Positions 9,108 to 19,800 of a stretch of DNA of 64,000 bases are shown here, in pieces. How positions within the stretch are numbered: the first letter of the stretch is position 1; each line of letters opens with the position of its first letter. The stretch lies in IMG/VR virus record IMGVR_UViG_3300031840_000567. The stretch is one strand, 5' to 3'. Both the position numbers and the translations under genes were made by a program. The notes beneath the pieces are model-generated. The model searched no databases. It had not been told where the DNA came from and worked only from the letters and a program-made list of their open reading frames with translations. Source of the DNA: an uncultured virus (IMG/VR IMGVR_UViG_3300031840_000567) (Duplodnaviria; Heunggongvirae; Uroviricota; Caudoviricetes).

Positions 9108-12100
9108 CAGAATGTACCTCCATCAACACTATTGGACCAAATTGGAATGTTGTTTTCATCTGTGGTTAGCATGTAATTAGAGGTTGTTAAGAACCCTACT
9201 GTACTAAGACCACTAACCAGTCTTCCATCTGCCTCAAAGAATGCAACACCGTTAGGTCCGCTATACCCAATACCAGTTAATCCACCTTGATCTGATCTGT
9301 AATAGAGACCGTCGCGGAATGTACCGTAACCGATTACGCTTAGATTATCTTGGACAGTTACCTGACCAGCAGCAGAATCAAGAACAAGTTCTCCAGTATT
9401 GGTATTTATTTTGGTTGAGGAAGAACCAGCACCAATTGTGACATCGGAGATCGTTGTTACACCAGTAACTCTAAAGTTGTTAGTAGTGAGAATGCCAGAG
9501 ACATTAATGTTGATTGCTTCAATACCAGCAGAACTGGTTACAATTCCGGTAAGGATTGTTCCTTGATCAACAGTCAGTGTGGAGTGGATGTTTGCGTTAG
9601 TAGCAACATCAATTGTTCCCGTTTGAGTCTGACCACGAACACTAGCACCAATAGCTAGTGTCTCGATCTTAATGCCGTTGTTATAGAACAGAGTAACGGC
9701 ACCATCAGCAGTAAAGTTGGCAAGAGTTTCGCCAGTGTACTTCTGAAGTTCTACCTGATTAGAACGGATAGCAAGTGTACCAGTTCCCGAATCATCAATG
9801 TATGAGTTGTTGCCATCATGATAGATGGACAGATCATCATCATCACCAAAGTGTGCCTTTACATTATCCTTGAAGGAAACAATTCCAGTGAATACTGCGT
9901 TTGTGACAGCAATACCAGTAAGTTTTGCATCAAATGCATCAAGAGCTTCTGCATCAATTGTGGTGATCGTTGCAGCAGTACCAACAGTATCTGTTACCGC
10001 AAGACCAGTGATGTTGACATCTTTAGCATCTAATGTTTCAATATCAACCGTAGTGATGGTGGCATATGTACCGACCAACGAGGTTACAACACCAGCAGTG
10101 ATCTTAGCGTCAACTGCGTCGATGCTAAGGTTAAAGTCAACTCTCTCAGCAAATGTAGATACGCCAGTTACATCGAGTCTCTCAAACTTAGCAGTGTCGA
10201 GGACATCAAGTCTCTGTCTAGGTGCGGCAGTACCGATACCCAACTTCTGATTAGCGTCAAGGCGCATGCCCTCAACATTATCAGTGTTGAATCGAATAGT
10301 ACCGTTAGCACCTGAGTCATCCAGAGCGATGGAAGTATCATTCTTCTGGAATGCATCGAGCTGGATGGTTGTCGCAGTCAGGATACCCAGGACATTGACA
10401 TCACCAGTGATGTTAATTGAACCAGCACCAGCTGGATCAATATTAATATCACCTGAGGTAGATTCAATATTGTTACCAGCAATCTGGATGTTACCAAATG
10501 TACCGCTTGTAGGAGTAATAGTGCTGCTATTAGATCCGTCAGTAATCTGAAGAGATGAAAGTGCTTGGAGGCTGGTTACTTGTTGTGAGAACGATACCGT
10601 ACCGTTTTCTTGATCAACAAAGAATGCATCTCCAACTCTGAAGTCTCCTCTTTGGTCGATACTAACGAATGATATATCACCGTTATTAATTTCGGTAACT
10701 TCATTAGCTTGAATTGCCAGGTTAGGATCATTAGAGAAATCTCCACCAGCACCAACATGATTGAAGTTGAGAGCAAACAGTCTCAGAGATACGCCATCAC
10801 CATCAGCAATAACACCCTTTTGACCATACTCAACAGCACAACCAACGGAACGCATGTCCGCACCGAACTGACTGTAGTCAGCAAGGATAACCTTAGTTGC
10901 AGTTCCGATACCGCCACCAGCTTGAGTGATGCGGATATCCTGGTTGCGGATTACATCGTCGGTGGTTGTTGTTACGCCACTCGCACCATCAAAGGAGAGT
11001 AAGAGAACTGTGTCCTTATCACCTGTGTGTGCAGCAGTCGGAGCAGTGAAGTTTGTATTGTACTTGGCAACTCCTCTCTCGATTCTAAAGTCGTCAATCC
11101 AACCAGTGACATTTTGACTTGCGCCATCAAAGTCAGCACCGATGACCAGACCTTTAGATGCACCGTAGTTAGTTGTATCAGAGGTCTTAATGCCTCTCTG
11201 AGTACCGTCAACAAACAGTCTAGTGTTTGTACCCTCTCTAGCGAGTGCATAGTGCTTCCAGACGCCTGTAGCGATGCCTGCGCCAGAGCCAGTGATAGCG
11301 GTTGTAGTACCAACCCGCATGTCAACTTCGCCAGCAGCACGGAAGGCAACGCTGATACCCTCAGCATCAGTGCCAGTGTCTCTTAAGTCGAAGAGAGTTG
11401 CGCTGGTCAGACCAGTTGTATTTGCGTATGCCCAGAATTCAATCGTGAAGTCTGTATTGGTGCCGAAACCAAGATCACCGCTAGAAGGAGCACTGATAGA
11501 ATCATTTGTTCCGTCAAGTGCTAACGATGCACTGCCAAATTTCTTAACTGTAGTGTCTAGTTGAGCACCATCGTTGAAAGTAATAGCTTTAGCAGTTCTG
11601 GCATTGAGAACTTCAAAACCAGTTTGCTTTCCAGTTACATCCAGGTATGTTCCGTCATAACCAGAAACAATAGCAGTTGCAATACCAGTAGTTCCGTCAG
11701 TATCAAAGACAGTAATTGTGTTACCAACACCAACGGTTGTAATACCAGTCAGTCTCAGTCTGGTCTCACCAGCGGAACTGATACCAAGAGAACCAGATGT
11801 GCCCTTGATAGCTTCAGCAGCGAAGTAGGAGAAGCAATTCAGGTACTCACTGCGAGCACCGTTGGTCATAATCAGACCTTTGCTGTTCGGTACAATGAAA
11901 GTAACTTCATTGAACAAGAACGCTGCCTCAAGAGATCCTGATGCTACCTCAGAACCATCAAGGTAAGCACCACCACCAGCGATGTAGGAGGAAGGATTTG
12001 CATCAGCTGAACCATAACCATATGGATCACTAGCAGAAGTATTACTACCTTTGTTGAATACAGTTACGCGCTGAATATAAGGAGATCTGCTTGTGATCGC

Positions 12101-15100
12101 GATACCAGGAGCAAACTTAAACGCATAACCCTGATTGCCAGCAGTATCGAAGTACATGTCACCGATAGTGACATCCTCAACAACAGATCTGTCGTTCATC
12201 AAGAAGCAGTCCTTCTGCTTGGTAGCAACAGTAGGACAAATCTTGGTAGCACGGAGTCCAGCACCCTTAACAGTTAATCCAGCTGGAACAGTCAGTGGGA
12301 AGACTTCTTCATAAACACCAGCGGCGATGTTTAATACATCGTTTAGACCAATATTAGAGATTTGAGACAGAGCGTATGCAATCGTTCTGTATGGCCTTTC
12401 TGCAGTGCGCCCACGAGATGCGTCACCGTCGTCAACACCATTAGTAGAAACATACCATGTGTCAAGCTTGGCATTGATTGTGGCAATACCAATCTGTGCA
12501 GGTTCGCGCCAGGTGATCGTGCCATCTGGATTGGTACTCAGCATATGCTGAGTGTTCAGACCAACAACACCAGTGGAATCATACAGTGATGTGATGAAAC
12601 CAGCTTGAACGAATGCAGAAGTTGCAATGCCAACCGAAATGGTAGCATTCAGAATGTCTGCGACTTCAAAGTCAACTGTAGTGATAGTTGCGGCAGTACC
12701 AACAATATCAGTGACTGCTAATCCAGTAATATTTGTCTGTCTTGCATCCAGGGTCTCGATATCGACCGTGGTGATCGTAGCGTAGGTGCCAACCAGAGAG
12801 GTTACGATACCGGCAGTGATCTTAGCGTTGACAATATCGCCTTCTGTGGCGTCAATCGTTGTAATAGTAGCAGCAGTACCGACAATATCGGTAACAGCTA
12901 AACCAGTAATATTTGTCTGTCTTGCATCGAGTACATCGATATCAACAGTTGTAATTGTCGCGTATGTACCAACTGTTGAATCAACAATCAGATCATCAAC
13001 ACGAGCAACGCCGTCGATGTAGATATCTCGCCACTCTTTAGTAGCACTACCGAGATCAAAGGTGTCATCATCGTCAGGAACGATGTCAGAGTCAACTTCA
13101 CCAGTAAAGATGATGTTGTCTGTAGTAGAGTCGCCAAGACCGATTGTGCCACCGTTAAAGGTTACATTACCAGTAAAGGTTGTAGCTCCACCAACTCTGA
13201 GATCACCAGTAATCTCAACATCACCAATGGTGGCAGCAGTGCCAACCAAGCTTGTGATGATACCAGCAGTAATCTTAGCATTAACAATATCACCTTCTGT
13301 TGCATCAATCGTTGTGATTGTTGCAGCGGTTCCGACAATATCAGTAACGGCAAGACCAGTGATGTTTACATCTTTGGCATCAAGAGTCTCAATGTCAACC
13401 GTTGTGATGGTTGCATAAGTACCAACCTGACTAGTAATAATACCAGCAGTAATCTTGGCATCTAGAATGTCAGCAGCATCAAGATGTGCTGTGCCATCAA
13501 TATAAATGTCTCTCCACTCTCTATCAGTAGTACCAATATCCAGAGTGCCGTCTACACTAGGAGTGAACTTAAGATTAGACTCCCATGCCTCTCTAGATTG
13601 GTCGTATAAAAATTCTTTATCTGTTGTTCCCTTAAGGATGATACCGCCGTTATCGGCTGTAGCATCAGCATGTCCACCAGTAGAACTGAATCCAAGTTCA
13701 ATGTTCTTATCGGTTATTTGTACAACCGAACTCTGAACAAAACTCGTAGTTCCATTAACCGTCAGATCACCAACAACAGTAAGAGCTCCACCAACTCTGA
13801 CATCTTTCTGGAAGTCAGCGTCTTGGAAGGTTACATATGTACCTGTCAGTGAGGTGATGATGCCTGTAGTAATCTTGGCATCAAGTGCATCAAGATTAGC
13901 AAAATCGCCAACAGTATATGTTAAACCATAACCAATAATAGATGTTACAACACCAGCAACAGTTTTGAGGGTGTTGATATCACCTTCATTAGAGTCGAAG
14001 GTTGTAATCGTGGCATAGGTGCCAACCAGAGAGGTAACTAAACCTGTAGTTACCTTAATATCCTTGAGATCAGCAACCTCAGTATCAAAGGTTGTAATTG
14101 TGGCATATGTACCAACCTGACTGGTGATAATACCAGCAGTGATCTTAGCTGCCTCAATATCTGCATTTACGAAGTCTACATTCGTAATAGTTGCAGCAGT
14201 ACCAACAGTGTCAGTAATAATACCTGACTGAATCTTAGCGTTGGTAATTGCAAAGTCAGTTGCTAAACCAGCAGTGACCTTGATATCTTCAACACCGATA
14301 TCGTTAGCATCGATTTGCGGAACAGATGTTACGCCAGAGATTACTGTATTACCAGTGCCCTTATCAATGATGAATACGCCACCAACATCGAGCAACCCGA
14401 AGGGTCGTGTGGTGCCGATACCGACATAACCAAGTTGGTTACCGTCGATCCAGTTAATATTTTGATTGCCAATTACGAGCTGATTATCACTATCTCCGAT
14501 AGCAACATTTCGCTCATAACCGATGATAACATTACCACTGCCAAGAGTATCGTTACCAGCAGAGTAACCAATGGCAATGTTCTTGCTACCGTCTACACTG
14601 AAGAGAGTGTAAGGACCAATAGCAATATTTCTTTGCTGCTGTCTGGTTCCTGTACCACCACTCAGGAAGCGACCATTCTTGCTGGTTACGCTACCTGTAA
14701 GAGTCTGGAAACCAAACGGCATGGTGAATGTATCACCAACTTCGTAACCATCGCCAGGAGCCATGATTTGGATGTTAGTAATCAGACCAGTAGCACCAGT
14801 CTGCAACCTAACTAACAGACCTTGACCAGATCCACTGGTTTCTGTTACATCTTCGGTCTGATCATAATCTGCAACAGCAGTTTGATCGCCAACATTAACG
14901 CTGAGAGCTACCCCATCAACAACAGGGAAAGTCTCACCATACATCGACTGGTTACCCAGAGCGATGTTCTCATCGTTGCCGCTAGAAGATAAGGCAAAAC
15001 CTACCTTATCACCAATCATCAGGTTCTTAGTACCTTGCAGTCTATAACCTGCAAAGTTACCTAAGACGATGTTAGATTCTAACTCGTCACTGCTGGAAAG

Positions 15101-15889
15101 AATACCAGCATATTGCATTGCACTGGCACCAATCGCAATATTGCGACGGTTAAGGACAGTTTGTCCAATACCAGCACCAGCAAAGTCACCAATAAAGATT
15201 GAAGAGTCAGCACTGCTAAGACCTACAGCAGCATCACGACCAACTCTAATAACATCATTGGAGAATGTAATATTACTGAAGGATGATACCCCAGTAATTT
15301 CTACATTATTTGCAGTAAGAGCATGACCTACATTTACTTCGTAGTAATCAGCACTAGTACCGCTTAGCGTTGTTACAACGCCAACGACTGCACGGAAATC
15401 AGTTACACCAAGAGTAGAGAATCCAGCAGCACCAACATCTAATGTTGCTGCAGTTGCAATACCAGATACATTCCAGTTTCTAGCATTAGCCTCGTCATAA
15501 ACGAGGTCTCCTGTTACATTGAGGTTTCCACCAACACTAAAGTTGCCAGCAACTGTACCAACGCCAGAGGTGTAGAAATCATCTACAACTGTCCAAGAAG
15601 CAACTCTACCTTGATTATCTAAGACAACAACCTTAGAAGCTTCTGGAGTACCGAAACTAGCAGGATTTTCTGGGAATAGACTGGTGTAATATTCGCCGCC
15701 AATTGCAATCGGAGCTGCAGACGGACCAGACGGGTTACCAATATATAATTTTTTGTAAGACTTACCAGCGCCTACATCACTGGTATCGTATGCGTATACT
15801 AGTTCACCGAACGATACGCCAGTACCAACGGGAGCAATGTTTGGAGGGGAAGTCCCAAGTGTCCTTTTTAAGAGAATCGTTGCGGACAT
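9107..15889 (-). CDS. large fibre-like structural protein with 30-aa repeats, YadA-head-like NxAIG repeats and a LamG/concanavalin-like domain
   Basis: N-terminal ILLKR...GELVY, C-terminal VDGGTF, repeated NIAIG, VGT[YA]ATITT repeats, DFTIEFW...WKHYALAR...GWIDDFRI (~10985-11595). Confidence 0.75.
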   Translation of the reverse strand: MSATILLKRTLGTSPPNIAPVGTGVSFGELVYAYDTSDVGAGKSYKKLYIGNPSGPSAAPIAIGGEYYTSLFPENPASFGTPEASKVVVLDNQGRVASWTVVDDFYTSGVGTVAGNFSVGGNLNVTGDLVYDEANARNWNVSGIATAATLDVGAAGFSTLGVTDFRAVVGVVTTLSGTSADYYEVNVGHALTANNVEITGVSSFSNITFSNDVIRVGRDAAVGLSSADSSIFIGDFAGAGIGQTVLNRRNIAIGASAMQYAGILSSSDELESNIVLGNFAGYRLQGTKNLMIGDKVGFALSSSGNDENIALGNQSMYGETFPVVDGVALSVNVGDQTAVADYDQTEDVTETSGSGQGLLVRLQTGATGLITNIQIMAPGDGYEVGDTFTMPFGFQTLTGSVTSKNGRFLSGGTGTRQQQRNIAIGPYTLFSVDGSKNIAIGYSAGNDTLGSGNVIIGYERNVAIGDSDNQLVIGNQNINWIDGNQLGYVGIGTTRPFGLLDVGGVFIIDKGTGNTVISGVTSVPQIDANDIGVEDIKVTAGLATDFAITNAKIQSGIITDTVGTAATITNVDFVNADIEAAKITAGIITSQVGTYATITTFDTEVADLKDIKVTTGLVTSLVGTYATITTFDSNEGDINTLKTVAGVVTSIIGYGLTYTVGDFANLDALDAKITTGIITSLTGTYVTFQDADFQKDVRVGGALTVVGDLTVNGTTSFVQSSVVQITDKNIELGFSSTGGHADATADNGGIILKGTTDKEFLYDQSREAWESNLKFTPSVDGTLDIGTTDREWRDIYIDGTAHLDAADILDAKITAGIITSQVGTYATITTVDIETLDAKDVNITGLAVTDIVGTAATITTIDATEGDIVNAKITAGIITSLVGTAATIGDVEITGDLRVGGATTFTGNVTFNGGTIGLGDSTTDNIIFTGEVDSDIVPDDDDTFDLGSATKEWRDIYIDGVARVDDLIVDSTVGTYATITTVDIDVLDARQTNITGLAVTDIVGTAATITTIDATEGDIVNAKITAGIVTSLVGTYATITTVDIETLDARQTNITGLAVTDIVGTAATITTVDFEVADILNATISVGIATSAFVQAGFITSLYDSTGVVGLNTQHMLSTNPDGTITWREPAQIGIATINAKLDTWYVSTNGVDDGDASRGRTAERPYRTIAYALSQISNIGLNDVLNIAAGVYEEVFPLTVPAGLTVKGAGLRATKICPTVATKQKDCFLMNDRSVVEDVTIGDMYFDTAGNQGYAFKFAPGIAITSRSPYIQRVTVFNKGSNTSASDPYGYGSADANPSSYIAGGGAYLDGSEVASGSLEAAFLFNEVTFIVPNSKGLIMTNGARSEYLNCFSYFAAEAIKGTSGSLGISSAGETRLRLTGITTVGVGNTITVFDTDGTTGIATAIVSGYDGTYLDVTGKQTGFEVLNARTAKAITFNDGAQLDTTVKKFGSASLALDGTNDSISAPSSGDLGFGTNTDFTIEFWAYANTTGLTSATLFDLRDTGTDAEGISVAFRAAGEVDMRVGTTTAITGSGAGIATGVWKHYALAREGTNTRLFVDGTQRGIKTSDTTNYGASKGLVIGADFDGASQNVTGWIDDFRIERGVAKYNTNFTAPTAAHTGDKDTVLLLSFDGASGVTTTTDDVIRNQDIRITQAGGGIGTATKVILADYSQFGADMRSVGCAVEYGQKGVIADGDGVSLRLFALNFNHVGAGGDFSNDPNLAIQANEVTEINNGDISFVSIDQRGDFRVGDAFFVDQENGTVSFSQQVTSLQALSSLQITDGSNSSTITPTSGTFGNIQIAGNNIESTSGDINIDPAGAGSINITGDVNVLGILTATTIQLDAFQKNDTSIALDDSGANGTIRFNTDNVEGMRLDANQKLGIGTAAPRQRLDVLDTAKFERLDVTGVSTFAERVDFNLSIDAVDAKITAGVVTSLVGTYATITTVDIETLDAKDVNITGLAVTDTVGTAATITTIDAEALDAFDAKLTGIAVTNAVFTGIVSFKDNVKAHFGDDDDLSIYHDGNNSYIDDSGTGTLAIRSNQVELQKYTGETLANFTADGAVTLFYNNGIKIETLAIGASVRGQTQTGTIDVATNANIHSTLTVDQGTILTGIVTSSAGIEAININVSGILTTNNFRVTGVTTISDVTIGAGSSSTKINTNTGELVLDSAAGQVTVQDNLSVIGYGTFRDGLYYRSDQGGLTGIGYSGPNGVAFFEADGRLVSGLSTVGFLTTSNYMLTTDENNIPIWSNSVDGGTF

Positions 15890-16101
15890 TAGAAGACACC
15901 TCCGTCAATGATGGCAGCAGGGAAATTTTTTGTTGTTATAAAAGCGTTAGAAGAAGCTTCGTAAACTAGAATGCTTCCGTCCTGTAGATTTGATGCATCA
16001 ACATCGGCAAGCAAAGTCAATCTTCCGCCAGAGCCGCCGCCGAGGGCACCGCTGGCAATAACTTTTACTTGATTCGATGTGCCGATTCGTAATGATGGCA
16101 T
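15889..16101 (-). CDS. small structural protein
   Basis: LADVD..NLQDGSILVY and C-terminal IDGGVF, shared with fibre-associated proteins. Confidence 0.6.
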   Translation of the reverse strand: MPSLRIGTSNQVKVIASGALGGGSGGRLTLLADVDASNLQDGSILVYEASSNAFITTKNFPAAIIDGGVF

Positions 16102-16439
16102 TACCTTGTTACTCCTGCTCTGACTAGGACCATTCCTTCGACGACCTTATATTTAAATCCGCCAGAGTCTTCAAGTGTCACATCATAAACATATCGCCCT
16201 GGTTTAATGTCAGCTGTTAGTGTTGAACCCAGTGAAATTTGGATTTGACCAACTTCGGGGTCAGTAACAGTAGACGCAAAAGATACAGCAGTAGAACTAC
16301 CAGCCCACTTCCTCATTTGAGAAGTCGCTGTATAGTTCGTTAGGTTCAAATAAGTGCCTGTGTCGTTATCTCCTAGACTGAAACCGTGTTGAAAATCAAC
16401 TCCAGAATCAACTTGAAGGTTAGCAATGTAAACTGCCAT
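16101..16439 (-). CDS. virion structural protein (BppU-N-like Ig fold)
   Basis: LNLTNYTATSQMRK, GQIQISL...T..IKPGRYVYDV, KVVEG.V.V..GVTR; CTAAATA upstream at 16468-16474. Confidence 0.7.
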   Translation of the reverse strand: MAVYIANLQVDSGVDFQHGFSLGDNDTGTYLNLTNYTATSQMRKWAGSSTAVSFASTVTDPEVGQIQISLGSTLTADIKPGRYVYDVTLEDSGGFKYKVVEGMVLVRAGVTR

Positions 16440-16462
16440 TCTTTACATCACGGATTATCCTA

Positions 16463-16627
16463 TTAGGTATTTAGTTTCCTTAATTCCTGTAATACCTGAT
16501 TGAGCGTGAATTTAATTTCTGCAACATCAGCTTTTAGCATATCAATGTCTGAGTGATGCATATCTTGAGTATCATGAGTCTCAAATCCATGATACTTTAA
16601 AAATTCAGAGTGTGGATTTCTACTCAT
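16463..16627 (-). CDS. small coiled-coil protein (54 aa, not in the ORF track)
   Basis: Hand-translated MSRNPHSEFLKYHGFETHDTQDMHHSDIDMLKADVAEIKFTLNQVLQELRKLNT; ATGA overlap with the upstream gene. Confidence 0.6.
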   Translation of the reverse strand: MSRNPHSEFLKYHGFETHDTQDMHHSDIDMLKADVAEIKFTLNQVLQELRKLNT

Positions 16628-16827
16628 AACTTATCAACAATTTTGGATAACATACTTTTAATATCATCAATATCTTTTTTCATTGAATCAAGCTCTTTTC
16701 TTTCATTTTTCTTTGCATGCTTTTCTCTTAAGTATGAATGATACCCAGAGTCATCGCCATTGACGATGGCTCCGGTATCAGAATCTCTCCAAAGATTAGA
16801 ATGCCCTTCAACGGGAATCAAACTCAT
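16624..16827 (-). CDS. conserved small protein downstream of the VrlC-like gene
   Basis: PVEGHSNLWRD..TGAIVN plus a coiled-coil tail. Confidence 0.7.
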   Translation of the reverse strand: MSLIPVEGHSNLWRDSDTGAIVNGDDSGYHSYLREKHAKKNERKELDSMKKDIDDIKSMLSKIVDKL

Positions 16828-19800
16828 GCTACCGCAATTGCTCTCAAATTCTTAATTACAGGATGTTTTGCTTGATTAGTTCCAGTGAATACAATTTTGA
16901 TTTGTAATCCATTGAAACTTGGCAAATCATCTACAGAGTATGTATATTCTCTGTATTGAGTATCATCAGCACTTACAAAGGAGTCTGACATACCATCATT
17001 TTGTTTGGGATCAATAACTTGATCACCAATACCATCTCCATCAGTATCAAGAAGATTTCTAAATCCAGGGAATAGTTCAAAATCAGGTGTTACTTCACTA
17101 GAGTCTGTTTTCAGAATACTGTAGAGAACTCTAAACTCACATTCAATTGGTCTGCGAGCTTCAAATATAACTTTAATTGAAGTTGCGGGATTCTTAGTAT
17201 AGATCGGTTGGGACATATAATAAGAAGCATGTGGATCATTAAATCTAGACTTAACTCTAGGATCCGTTCTATAATCAGAAATAGGATTATTCAATCTGTT
17301 TTCATAGAAGAGTGCATTTGCCCCTTCAAGATTTACAGTAGGTGAATTAAAGCTATCTCCACTATTTGCGAGTTCAACAGTAAACGAGAAAGATTTGTTT
17401 CTAGGTAAAGAACCGAGTCTAACAGACTCATTGGTTCTAGAAGCGACAAGTCTTGTGGTCTCAAGAGTGTTGATTCTATTGAGGTTAAGATCTTCAAATC
17501 CATTATCGATGAATGAAGTCTCTGATCCATCAGGAGATGTACCTGTAACGCTTCTCATCTGCAATGAGATGAAGTCTGTGGGTCCAAATGTAGAGGCATC
17601 GAGAAGAGGTCTTACAGCGTCAAATTGGATATTTTTAGAAGCATGTACATTTTGACCACCACCAGCAGCTTCTTCTTTGAAAGAAACCTGAGGAATGTTA
17701 TTTGAGGTATCATCAACTGATCTACTTGATCCTCTATCAATTTTCAAGTAGTAATCATCAATACCTCTAAGAATACTAGAGACATCATGCTCAGCATTAA
17801 TCCTTCTCAAAGAAACGCCGTTGTACTCATACTTTTGAATAATGTCATCTTTAAGATGATTCAATGCATTAGTTGCATCTACACCTCTTACAACGCCACC
17901 CAAACTAGAAATGCCAACACTTGTATACGAAAGGATCTCACTGTTGATAAATGCATATCCAGTATTTGCTGCACTAACTACCGCACCCTCAAAGGTATTG
18001 AATTGTGATGTTGATGCTACAGAAATAGCGGTTTCATTCGATAATACATCTACGGTTAGTTCAGTAGGTACAACATCAGATTCCACATCAGAAAGAATAA
18101 CCCTATTCAAAGAACTATGCATACCATGATTACGGTGAGATAGTCTGAAGTACTCTCCAGTGTAAACACTTCCGGTCGCATCAAAACTTACAATATCCAA
18201 ACCAGTTGCAATTATGCTACCAGATGCATGATTGTATGTAACTTCATTGCCTGGTGCAACATCAAAAGTTTGTGCTTGAACATCTGTCAAATACAGAGTA
18301 TCGATACCTCCAAGAGAGTTGATACCAATACGAACACCAGAACCAGATCCTCCCATAGATGCAGTTTGAAGACCAACTACATCACCAACTTTGTATCCTC
18401 TACCAGAAGATGCAATAGAAACTGCAGTAATAGCTGAGATGCCAGCACCGACAGTTGCGGTTAATGTGAGTCCATCACCATCACCATTGATGTTATATGT
18501 TGGTACAACAGCAGATGGTGTACCATAGTTACTACCACCATTAAGAATTCCAACAGTTCCTAAGACTGGACCACCTTTAGTTTCAATGTGCCCATAACGG
18601 AATGTAGATGTTTGCTCGCTAATTTTTCTACCAGGAGTAAATACCGTACCAATTAATCCAGAATTGGATGTGGTGACAATACCAAGCTTTCCTTTTTTAG
18701 GGACACCTACAATTGGATCAAATCCTAGTGGAGGAAGAAGACCATTATTTGGTTCGATCGGTGGGTTGAAGAATGTCAACAGACCTTGTTCGGCAGTATA
18801 ATCCGCTCTATACAAAGTAAATGTAAGGTCTTCAAACTGTGTGGGTGTCCAAGTGGCACCGTTTTGTGACTTGAACAGAGAACCCATTGCAAATTGCTGG
18901 GAGTAAATCTTACCCTTAGCAGCTGGAAGAGATTGAGCGTTCAAAGCTTTTTGACCCATTTCACCACAATATACCTCATACTCATCACTATCTGACAAGA
19001 TAACGATGGCATAAGATTCGTCTGGATCTAAGTAGAAAGGAGTGTCAAATTTAATGTTAGTTGCAACCGATCCATCGGCAGATGTTGTAATATCCGAAGG
19101 GCGAATAGTTGCTTGAGCAGCTCTATCAATAACGAATAGAGTTGGAGTACCCAGTTCAACTGTTCTAACTTCAACCCTTACTGGAGTTGTTCCTTGATTC
19201 TTAGATGCAAAGAATAGATCAAGCGATGTAATCCAAGCTCCTTCTGGTCCAGTCACAATCGTTTGTGCCAGAGGGTCTCTTCTTCTTACACGGACAACAC
19301 GAGTTCTATTAATAACTCTAGTACGGTTTCTAATAATCGTTCTAGTTCTATCAATAACTCTAGTATTATTGATGATTACTGGCGGTGGTGGTGGAGGAGG
19401 ACTTGGAATTGTTCCTCTAATATCAATCGTAGAAAGATTGGTAATAGTTGTAGTTTCAAGAGTAGTAATTCTAATATCAGTTTGAACTACTCTCGTTGTA
19501 CCAGTCGCAGTATAGCGACCTGTTGCATGAGAGATTAAAGTAGATCCTGGTAATGGATTTGCATTAGTTTGACTAGAAGTTAATCTAAAGTCTCTATTGC
19601 CTGATCTAATCCTAACCTGTGGTGTAGGTGTCTGATTAGGGTCTCTTAAGAAGATAGAACCAATAAGATCACCAAAGTCATCAGATACTAGTCTTACACC
19701 TGCTACAGTCGCTTGAGCGCCGCTTGTAAGACCTCTCATTACCATTCCGGTAGGAGCAAATCCAAAGAAGGCACCTTGTGCCTGAGCAGCTAATGAAGTG

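Noticed and set aside
9107..15889. Fibre repeats considered as diversity-generating retroelement TR/VR pairs
   Set aside because: Differences are at synonymous positions rather than adenine-specific, all copies are in-frame coding, and no reverse transcriptase is present
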